Shown: positions 56,683 through 64,000 of the stretch, piece after piece
Numbering within the stretch: the stretch's first letter is position 1
Layout of the letters: the number at the start of each line of letters is the position of its first letter
Origin: Candidatus Aminicenantes bacterium
GTDB lineage: Bacteria; Acidobacteriota; Aminicenantia; Aminicenantales; Saccharicenantaceae
Assembly (NCBI GenBank): GCA_014360015.1
Contig: JACIYJ010000006.1
Location: 60,447 to 124,446, forward strand
DNA: 64,000 nt
Reading direction: 5' to 3'
Translations under genes and position numbers: made by a program
The notes under the pieces: model-generated
Seen by the model: only the letters and a program-made list of their open reading frames with translations
The model's database searches: none
Told to the model about the DNA's origin: nothing

Positions 56683-57514
56683 ACATCTTTCTCCTTTTCT
56701 CCGCTTCCCGATTTATTACCTCGATAATTTTAGAAATTTCGTCTTTCTCGATTGTCGTCTTAAATTTGTTTAGTTCATAAATAACCCTTTTTATATTTTT
56801 GATAATGTTTTTTTTGTTCGTAAGAACTAAGTCCGACCCAATTTTTGCTGGTGTCAGGGTCAGCCGGGTGGCTCCCAGAAATCCAGTGGCGATAAAATTA
56901 TCTATCTTTCTATTTTTTCGACGCTGTTTCAGATAAATTGAAAATAAAGCAAGAGAAATAACATAGGGCAAATGACTGGTAGTGGCAGCCCAGAAATCGT
57001 GGTCGGCTGGATCTATTTCCACTGGAATAGCTCCGATATTTTTAATTACCTTTTCGATTACCGGTTTCCCTTGTTTTGAATAGTGATGAGGAAAGCAGAG
57101 AAAAAAAGGTTTGCCCGAAAAAAGATCAGCTCTCCAGGCTTTTTCGCCTGCCCTAACTGTGCCGGCCATGGGATGGCCACCAATCAGCATCTTTTTCGAA
57201 TATTTCTTCATTTCTCTGACTATCTGGTTTTTAGTGCTCCCGGTATCCAGTAAAATCTTTCTTTCTTCCAGAATTGGCCCAATCTCTTTGATTAGCTTCT
57301 GAATCTCCTTAACTGGTGTAGCCAGGATGATAATATCGGATCTCTTAACTCCAGCTTCAATATCATCCAGATATTCATTTAGGATTTGAGAATAGACTTT
57401 CTTAAATTGCTTGTCCTTCCCATAAATTCTGGCGGCCACCTGGCTTTTCCTTAAGGCTAAAGCCAGAGAACAGCCAATTTGGCCAAGGCCGATAATGAAA
57501 AAATTATATTTCAT
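56663..57514 (-). CDS. tyrA: Prephenate/arogenate dehydrogenase
   Basis: GLGQIG, DTGSTK, GGHPMAG, HD..A.TSHLP. Confidence 0.88.
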   Translation of the reverse strand: MKYNFFIIGLGQIGCSLALALRKSQVAARIYGKDKQFKKVYSQILNEYLDDIEAGVKRSDIIILATPVKEIQKLIKEIGPILEERKILLDTGSTKNQIVREMKKYSKKMLIGGHPMAGTVRAGEKAWRADLFSGKPFFLCFPHHYSKQGKPVIEKVIKNIGAIPVEIDPADHDFWAATTSHLPYVISLALFSIYLKQRRKNRKIDNFIATGFLGATRLTLTPAKIGSDLVLTNKKNIIKNIKRVIYELNKFKTTIEKDEISKIIEVINREAEKRRKMYENAVF

Positions 57515-58521
57515 ATCTCTCTCCCACAGGCTGAACAGAGAGCTCTCAGCTCCTCAAGAAATTTCGAGAACATTTTAAAATCAAGAGTCTGAAGTCCATC
57601 ACTCAGAGCCGACTGCGGATCTTTATGTACCTCCACTATCAGCCCGTCAGCTCCAGCCGCAACCGCAGCCTTTCCCACCGCCGCGACCAGGTCTCTAACT
57701 CCCGTTCCATGGCTGGGATCAGCAATGACCGGCAAATGAGAAAGCTTTTTAATCAAAGGAATAGCCGAGACATCGAAAGTGTTTCGGGTATATTTTTCAA
57801 ATGTTCTTATTCCTCTTTCACATAACATCACTCTCGTATTTCCATTAGATAAAATATATTCTGCCGACATTAGTAATTCCTCAATCGTGGCCATTAGGCC
57901 ACGCTTGAGTAAAACCGGCTTATCCGTTTTACCAACAGCCTGAAGAAGTGGATAATTCTGCATGTTTCTGGCGCCAATCTGAAGGATATCAGCAACCTGA
58001 CTGACCTTTTCCACATCTTCGGGAGACATAACTTCTGTAACAATGGCCAACCCGGTCTCTCTTTTTACCTCATCGAGATATTCGAGACCTTTTTCTTTCA
58101 ACCCCTGAAAAGAATAAGGTGAAGTTCTGGGTTTATAAGCACCTCCTCTCAAAATCTTAACGCCCATTTCTTTTAAAACCCCAGCTATTTCTTTTATCTG
58201 CTCTTTGCTCTCCACGGCACAGGGACCAGCCATCAAAGTTATCTTTCTCCCCCCAACTTCTGTTCCATTAATTCTTATTACGGTATCTTCGTTTTTAAAC
58301 TCTCTGCTGGCTAACTTAAAGGGACTCATAATACGGACAACTTTTTCTACTTCTGGCAATACTTCAAAATAATCTGGCTCAACTTCAACCCAGCCAATTA
58401 CTCCAATTACTGTTCTTTCTTTGCCCTTTATTAAATTTGGTTTTAATCCTAATTCCTTAACTCTTTTCAAGACTTGAGAAACACCTTTAACTGAGGCACC
58501 TGGTTTCATCACTATGATCAT
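57511..58521 (-). CDS. aroF: DAHP synthase type I-beta
   Basis: [33 protein letters not shown]. Confidence 0.93.
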   Translation of the reverse strand: MIIVMKPGASVKGVSQVLKRVKELGLKPNLIKGKERTVIGVIGWVEVEPDYFEVLPEVEKVVRIMSPFKLASREFKNEDTVIRINGTEVGGRKITLMAGPCAVESKEQIKEIAGVLKEMGVKILRGGAYKPRTSPYSFQGLKEKGLEYLDEVKRETGLAIVTEVMSPEDVEKVSQVADILQIGARNMQNYPLLQAVGKTDKPVLLKRGLMATIEELLMSAEYILSNGNTRVMLCERGIRTFEKYTRNTFDVSAIPLIKKLSHLPVIADPSHGTGVRDLVAAVGKAAVAAGADGLIVEVHKDPQSALSDGLQTLDFKMFSKFLEELRALCSACGREI

Positions 58522-58901
58522 TTTTGTTCTCCTGAAAGGTCCGGTCTTAAGATCTTTGTCTGACCAAGATATTGATGCCTGATTTCCTCAGGTTTTAAAT
58601 CAGTGTAAGCCAGGACTAATACCCTGATGACTCTTTCCATAGCTCCAGGAACGTCAATTTCCTTAGCACAAAGAGCCGGAACATAATTCAGACCCATTTG
58701 TCTCAAAGCGTACGCTGGAAACTCTTTGTTTATCTCTCCCGTCACCGTAAAAAACACAGCGACTACATCCTGTTTTTCCAGATTGTTGGCAAAAATTATT
58801 TCCTGCAGGAGTTCAGTAGTCTTATTTAGGATTTCATTTTTGTTATTTTCCTCAACCTGAACGGCCCCTCTTATTCCTCTTAATCTGACTTCTTTTCTCA
58901 T
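58518..58901 (-). CDS. aroH: AroH-type chorismate mutase
   Basis: RGIRGA, FPA, H.YL...LRPDL. Confidence 0.9.
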   Translation of the reverse strand: MRKEVRLRGIRGAVQVEENNKNEILNKTTELLQEIIFANNLEKQDVVAVFFTVTGEINKEFPAYALRQMGLNYVPALCAKEIDVPGAMERVIRVLVLAYTDLKPEEIRHQYLGQTKILRPDLSGEQK

Positions 58902-59686
58902 AAAGCACCTCTCATGGTCTTCAAAAATTCTTCAACTTCTCCAACCCTGAAATCTTTTTCTCGACCCATCATGATTTTAATGATGGCACTCCCGACTATT
59001 ACTCCATCTACGTCCTTGGCTATTTGAGCTGCCTGAGTCGGAGTGGAAATGCCAAAGCCAGCATAAAGAGGCTTATCAGTAAAGGATTTAACTCTGGCAA
59101 TTGTTTCTCTCAGTTCAGCTGCAATCTGATTTCTGACACCGGTAACTCCGAATACCGAAACTAAGTAAATAAATCCTTCAGAATTTTTGGCGATAAGTTT
59201 AATTCTGCCGGGCTCTGTTGATGGAGCAATCATATTTATCACCGAAATGTTTCTTTTTTTAAAACAATCCTGGAGGAAGCCAATTTCCTCTACTGGCAGG
59301 TCAGGAAATAGAATTCCGGATATATTCTCCTGGCTCATAAAATTGGCAAATCGATCAAAGCCAAATTGATAAATCGGATTTAAATAGCTCATTATCACCA
59401 CCGGAATGGTCAAATCTTTCCTGAATTCCTTAAAGAAAGAGATAAAACTGGCGAGCTTGAACCCTTTTTCTAAAACCCATTCAGAAGAATGCTGAATATA
59501 CTTGCCGTCAGCAATTGGATCGGAAAAAGGAATTCCAATTTCCACCAGGTCAGCACCTGATGATTGGGCAGCGATTAGAAGTTCGGCAAAATCTCTTTCT
59601 GTGGGATAAAAAGCAGTAAAAAATGGAACAAAAGCTTTCCGGCCTTTCTGCCTGATCTCCTCAGTTATTATTTCGAGTCTTTGCAT
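58898..59686 (-). CDS. trpA: Tryptophan synthase alpha chain
   Basis: [26 protein letters not shown]. Confidence 0.95.
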   Translation of the reverse strand: MQRLEIITEEIRQKGRKAFVPFFTAFYPTERDFAELLIAAQSSGADLVEIGIPFSDPIADGKYIQHSSEWVLEKGFKLASFISFFKEFRKDLTIPVVIMSYLNPIYQFGFDRFANFMSQENISGILFPDLPVEEIGFLQDCFKKRNISVINMIAPSTEPGRIKLIAKNSEGFIYLVSVFGVTGVRNQIAAELRETIARVKSFTDKPLYAGFGISTPTQAAQIAKDVDGVIVGSAIIKIMMGREKDFRVGEVEEFLKTMRGAL

Positions 59687-60848
59687 TTTTAACCTCTTTA
59701 ATGGAGATGTCTTTGTCTCCCCTTCCAGATAAATTAACTATTACAATTTCTCCTTTTTTAAACTTTTTAAATTTCTTAACCCAGGCCACAGCATGTGAAG
59801 ATTCCATGGCCGGTATAATTCCTTCCAATCTGGCCACCTCATTAAAAGCTTCAAGAGCCAATTCGTCATCTACACTATCAACCAGGATTTTTCCCGTCTC
59901 CACCAGGAAAGCCAGCTCTGGTCCGACACCCGGATAATCAAGCCCAGCTGAGATTGAATAAGAATTTAATATCTGACCGTCTTCATCCTGAAGAACATAG
60001 GTATAAGCACCATGGAAAATACCTAACTTCCCTTTGAGCAAAGACAAAGCATGAAAAGAAGTCTCCTGACCTCGACCTGCCGCCTCCACTCCTATCTTCT
60101 TAACTCCCTTTTCCTTCAAAAATGGATGAAACAGACCTATTGAATTTGAGCCCCCACCGATACAGGCAACCAGATAATCAGGTAGCCGCCCTTCTATCTT
60201 CCTTATTTGTTTTTTAACTTCTCTTCCTATAACTGACTGAAATTCTCTGACCATTAAGGGATAGGGATGAGGGCCAACGGCCGAACCAAGAAGATAATGA
60301 CTCGTCCGAACATTTGTCACCCAATCTCTCATGGCTTCATTGGTAGCATCTTTAAGTGTTCTTGAACCCGAAGTCACTTTAATAATCTCAGCTCCCAGAA
60401 GACGCATCTTAGAAAGGTTTAGAGCCTGCCTTTTCATATCAATTTCACCCATATAAATGGTGCATTCCAGGCCAAAGAGAGCAGCCACCGTGGCTACAGC
60501 TATTCCATGTTGTCCAGCGCCGGTTTCAGCAATCAATCTTTTTTTTCCTAATCTTTTGGCGAGGAGAGCCTGGCCAAGGCAATTGGTGATTTTATGGGCA
60601 CCAGTATGGTTGAGGTCTTCTCTCTTTAAATAGATTTTTACTCCATAGACCCGACTAAGATTTTCAGCAAAAAACAATGGCGTTGGCCTCCCACAATAAT
60701 TCTTCAGATAAAATTCAAACTCCTTTTTAAAGACCGGATCCTGGCGCGCAGCATAAAACTCTCTCTCGAGTTCCAGCAGAGGTCCCATCAAAGTTTCGGG
60801 GACATAACGGCCACCGAATCTACCGAACTTGCCAGATGATAATCCCAT
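59661..60848 (-). CDS. trpB: Tryptophan synthase beta chain
   Basis: [30 protein letters not shown]; start moved to ATG 60848. Confidence 0.96.
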   Translation of the reverse strand: MGLSSGKFGRFGGRYVPETLMGPLLELEREFYAARQDPVFKKEFEFYLKNYCGRPTPLFFAENLSRVYGVKIYLKREDLNHTGAHKITNCLGQALLAKRLGKKRLIAETGAGQHGIAVATVAALFGLECTIYMGEIDMKRQALNLSKMRLLGAEIIKVTSGSRTLKDATNEAMRDWVTNVRTSHYLLGSAVGPHPYPLMVREFQSVIGREVKKQIRKIEGRLPDYLVACIGGGSNSIGLFHPFLKEKGVKKIGVEAAGRGQETSFHALSLLKGKLGIFHGAYTYVLQDEDGQILNSYSISAGLDYPGVGPELAFLVETGKILVDSVDDELALEAFNEVARLEGIIPAMESSHAVAWVKKFKKFKKGEIVIVNLSGRGDKDISIKEVKNAKTRNNN

Positions 60849-61432
60849 TTTTTGATCCTCCAGATAAATTCTCGAAGCTTTTCCGGATCTTTTTTGCCAG
60901 GGAAAAGTTCTATTCCTGAGCAAACATCTAAGCCAAAAGGAGAAACTTTTTCTAAAACTGACTCCACGTTATCAGGATTTAATCCCCCACCGAGGAAAAA
61001 TTTTCCGTATCTTTTGGCCCTGATAGCTATCTCCCAATCAAATGGCTGCCCCTTAATTTTTGAATCAAGGATAAAGAAATCAAATCCTGAACGGGCTATG
61101 ATTTCAAGGTCTCGAAATTCTCCTACTCTAAAAGCTTTTATCCCCTTGCCTCTAAAGCTTCTCACATAGTCTACCGACTCATCTCCATGAAATTGCAACA
61201 GATCCAGCCCCAGCCTCTTGTTTATTTTTTTGACTGAGTCCATTGGCTCGTTAACGAACACTCCGACTTTAATTATGAATGGCGGGAGATTATTTATTAT
61301 GTACCTGGCTTTCTCCACACTTATTTTTCTCGGACTTTCAGAAAAAATAAATCCCAATGCTTCAGCCCCGAGTTCCACGGCCAATAGAGCGTCTTCAAGA
61401 TTGGTAATCCCGCAAATTTTTATTCTGGTCAT
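60788..61432 (-). CDS. trpF: Phosphoribosylanthranilate isomerase
   Basis: [21 protein letters not shown]. Confidence 0.93.
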   Translation of the reverse strand: MTRIKICGITNLEDALLAVELGAEALGFIFSESPRKISVEKARYIINNLPPFIIKVGVFVNEPMDSVKKINKRLGLDLLQFHGDESVDYVRSFRGKGIKAFRVGEFRDLEIIARSGFDFFILDSKIKGQPFDWEIAIRAKRYGKFFLGGGLNPDNVESVLEKVSPFGLDVCSGIELFPGKKDPEKLREFIWRIKKWDYHLASSVDSVAVMSPKL

Positions 61433-62187
61433 CCCCTCAGCCCCTCCATTAATTTTAGGATTCTGTCTTCAATTTCCGAAGCCTCCATAAAATAACTTCC
61501 GATCAGAAAACCATCGGCCCCGGCCCTTTTGAACCTCTTTAAATCCTCTGGAGTCTTTAAGCCGCTCTCAATAATCCTTATTTCTCCGATGTTTTTTTCC
61601 CTTAGAAGATCCAGCATTCTCTCTCCATGAGATAGGTCAACCTTTAACGATGTAAGATCTCTGTTGTTAACGCCGACGATCCTTACCGGTAAGTCCGAAA
61701 TCTTTTCTACATCCTGTTCAGAATGAACTTCTACTAAGGGTTCCATTTGCAGTTCCTGGCATTTTTCCAGCAGGCGGATTAATTTTCTTTTCTCCACCAG
61801 AGAGGCTATCAATAGCACACTGTCCGCCCCATTATTTCTGGCCTGAATTATCTGAGACTCGTGAATAATAAATCCCTTCTGAATTACAGGTATGGAAACA
61901 GCGCTCTTAACCCTCTTCAAATCATCAGCCGTGGTTAAAAAATAGTTCTCCTCAACTACTACCGAAACCGCTGAAAAGCCGTTGGTTTCGTACCGCCGAG
62001 CCAGTTCTTCAGGCTGCCAGTCTGTGTCAAACTTTCTGGTTGGGGTAGCTCTTTTGAACTCACCGATGATGCCATTACCCTTTCTCAGATAACTGGAAAG
62101 AGAAAGGGGTTTTTCCTTTCTCCGCAGAATTTCTTCTTTTATTTCCTGCGCTTCAATTTGCTTTTTAATCTTCTCGAGGAAATTCAT
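61429..62187 (-). CDS. trpC: Indole-3-glycerol phosphate synthase
   Basis: IIGEFKRATP, LVEVH, GVNNRDL, ESG. Confidence 0.92.
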   Translation of the reverse strand: MNFLEKIKKQIEAQEIKEEILRRKEKPLSLSSYLRKGNGIIGEFKRATPTRKFDTDWQPEELARRYETNGFSAVSVVVEENYFLTTADDLKRVKSAVSIPVIQKGFIIHESQIIQARNNGADSVLLIASLVEKRKLIRLLEKCQELQMEPLVEVHSEQDVEKISDLPVRIVGVNNRDLTSLKVDLSHGERMLDLLREKNIGEIRIIESGLKTPEDLKRFKRAGADGFLIGSYFMEASEIEDRILKLMEGLRG

Positions 62188-63198
62188 TCAGTCCTCCTGA
62201 TGAAACTTTATGAAGTCCTTTAGCTTTTGCCGAGCCTTCCCGGAATCGATTGAATCCTTAGCCATTTCTATCCCTTCCTTTAAATCTGGAGCCTTACCGG
62301 AAACAAAAATAGCTGCTCCGGCATTAATAAGAACAAAATCCCTATAAACCGAATCTTCGCCCCTCAAGACACTGAATAGAATGTTCAGGTTTTCCTGCAG
62401 GGATAGCGCCTTGATGCTGGCTTCCCTCATCCTGATTCCATAATCTTCAGGAACTATTTCTATTTCTTTGAGTTCATTCCTTTCAACCAGATAGCCAGCG
62501 GTTGGGGCAGCCACGGATATTTCATCAAGACCATCCATAGAATGAACCAGAAGATACCTTTCCCCACCAAGTTTCCTGATGACCTCAGCAACTTTTTTTA
62601 TTACTTTCTCATTGAAGAAACCGATTAACTGTCTTTTAACCCCAGCTGGGTTGATCAACGGTCCCAGAAGATTAAAAATCGTTCTGACTCCTATTTCTTT
62701 CCTTATTGGCTGGACATTTTTCATCGAAGGGTGAAAATAAGGAGCAAAGATAAATCCAATACCTAATTCCTCAACTGATTGTCTAACCTTGGAAGGAGAA
62801 TCAGGAAGCTTGACTCCCAATCCTTCTATCAGATCAGCACTGCCGCACTGGCTGGAAATGGCCCGGTTTCCATGTTTGGCCACTTTGACCCCGGCTCCGG
62901 CAACTACAAAGGCCGAAATGGTGGAAATATTGAAAGTGGATTTTCCATCTCCTCCAGTTCCACATAAATCCACAACCTCTTCCTGGCTGAGCTCGATTTT
63001 GAGAGCTTTTTCTCTCAGAGTTTTTACAAAGGAAAAGATTTCCTCTGGAGTTTCTCCTTTCATCCTTAGGCCGATAAGAAAAGCAGAAACTTGAGCCGGG
63101 GTGGCTTTGCCCTCCATTATTTCCATCACTGAAGCCTCAGCCACAGAAAGGTCAAGGTCATATCCCTCACATAAAGTTCTTATGGCCTGTTCAATCAT
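62188..63198 (-). CDS. trpD: Anthranilate phosphoribosyltransferase
   Basis: CGTGGDG, KHGNR, RTIFNLLGPLINP, DGLDEIS. Confidence 0.95.
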   Translation of the reverse strand: MIEQAIRTLCEGYDLDLSVAEASVMEIMEGKATPAQVSAFLIGLRMKGETPEEIFSFVKTLREKALKIELSQEEVVDLCGTGGDGKSTFNISTISAFVVAGAGVKVAKHGNRAISSQCGSADLIEGLGVKLPDSPSKVRQSVEELGIGFIFAPYFHPSMKNVQPIRKEIGVRTIFNLLGPLINPAGVKRQLIGFFNEKVIKKVAEVIRKLGGERYLLVHSMDGLDEISVAAPTAGYLVERNELKEIEIVPEDYGIRMREASIKALSLQENLNILFSVLRGEDSVYRDFVLINAGAAIFVSGKAPDLKEGIEMAKDSIDSGKARQKLKDFIKFHQED

Positions 63199-63770
63199 TT
63201 CCCGCTCCCCAATTCAAAAAAGTTTTTTATCAGCTTTTTGCCTTCTCTGGTCAAAAAAGACTCAGGATGAAATTGAACTCCCTCGGTTGCCGTTCCTTTT
63301 ATCCTGATACCCATTATTTCTCCATCGGCAGTATAAGCAGACACCTCTATTTCCTCTGGAAGGTTTTCTTCTGAAACAAGGAGGGAATGATATCTGGTGG
63401 CCTCAAAAGGATTAGAAATATCATAAAAGATAGTGTGACCGTCGTGATAAATCTCAGAGGTAAGACCATGCATTACTCTTCCGGCTGGAACAACTTTTCC
63501 TCCAAAGGCCTGGGCAATACACTGATGTCCAAGACAAACGCCAAGAATTGGAATTTTGCCCGTGAAGTGCCTGATTATTTCTTTACACTCTACTGCTTCT
63601 TCTGGCTTGCCCGGTCCAGGAGAGATTACAATATAATCAGGTGATAAGGATATGACTTCCTGAAGGGTCAGGCTGTTTCTTCGTCGGACGATAACCTCTT
63701 CAGAAATTGTCTTGAACATTTGATAGAGGTTGTAGACGAAGGAATCGAAATTATCTATGATTAAAATCAT
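63195..63770 (-). CDS. trpG: Anthranilate synthase component II
   Basis: IDNFDSF, SPGPG, GVCLGHQ, QFHPES. Confidence 0.93.
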   Translation of the reverse strand: MILIIDNFDSFVYNLYQMFKTISEEVIVRRRNSLTLQEVISLSPDYIVISPGPGKPEEAVECKEIIRHFTGKIPILGVCLGHQCIAQAFGGKVVPAGRVMHGLTSEIYHDGHTIFYDISNPFEATRYHSLLVSEENLPEEIEVSAYTADGEIMGIRIKGTATEGVQFHPESFLTREGKKLIKNFFELGSGK

Positions 63771-64000
63771 TTAAATCCTCCCTTTTCGGCTATCTTTACC
63801 GCTTCATACATTCCTTTTATTTTGTTCTGAACTTCGCGATATTCATTTTCGGGGTTAGAACCGAACACAATTCCAGCACCTCCTTGAAGGAAAAAGACTC
63901 CTCTTTTATAGATAATCATCCTTATGCCAATACATAGATCGACATTCCCGTTGAAGCCAAAATACCCGACAACTCCTCCATAAGGGCCCCTTTCTACCGG
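63771..64000 (-). CDS. trpE: Anthranilate synthase component I, C-terminal part only
   Basis: Manual translation RGPYGGVVGYF...CIGIR...GGAGIV..S.PENEY. Confidence 0.88.

Overview
Bacterial chromosomal window. The secreted GWxTD, TonB-like and S46 proteins suggest an anaerobic Acidobacteriota/Aminicenantes-like organism (inference). It has four blocks. (1) 1-19.5 kb: arabinose-glycan locus with two GH127, GH51, a VPS10/BNR protein, a TonB-dependent-like receptor, araB-araD, a FucI-type isomerase and a DUF5916 protein. (2) 19.7-35.5 kb: complete type III-A CRISPR-Cas locus with cas10/csm2-5, csx1, csx3, cas6, a CARF-wHTH gene, cas2-cas1-cas1'-cas2 and two arrays transcribed on the minus strand. 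(3) 35.7-51.2 kb: S46 peptidase, OsmC, MscS, HypD-like glycyl radical enzyme with its activase, GalM, GWxTD protein, amidohydrolase, patatin and thioesterase. (4) 51.3-64 kb: trp/aro supraoperon. The most unusual signal is in the arrays. In both, the leader-distal 'spacer' is a 745-bp or 306-bp cassette bounded by array-specific repeats, and each holds two small RBS-equipped ORFs in the sense of the pre-crRNA. Second, a 27-bp operator (tandem GAAAC(G/A)TTTC) precedes four CRISPR transcription units next to a CARF-wHTH gene. Third, one Cas1 paralog appears catalytically dead. All calls come from reading the sequence; no database searches were run.
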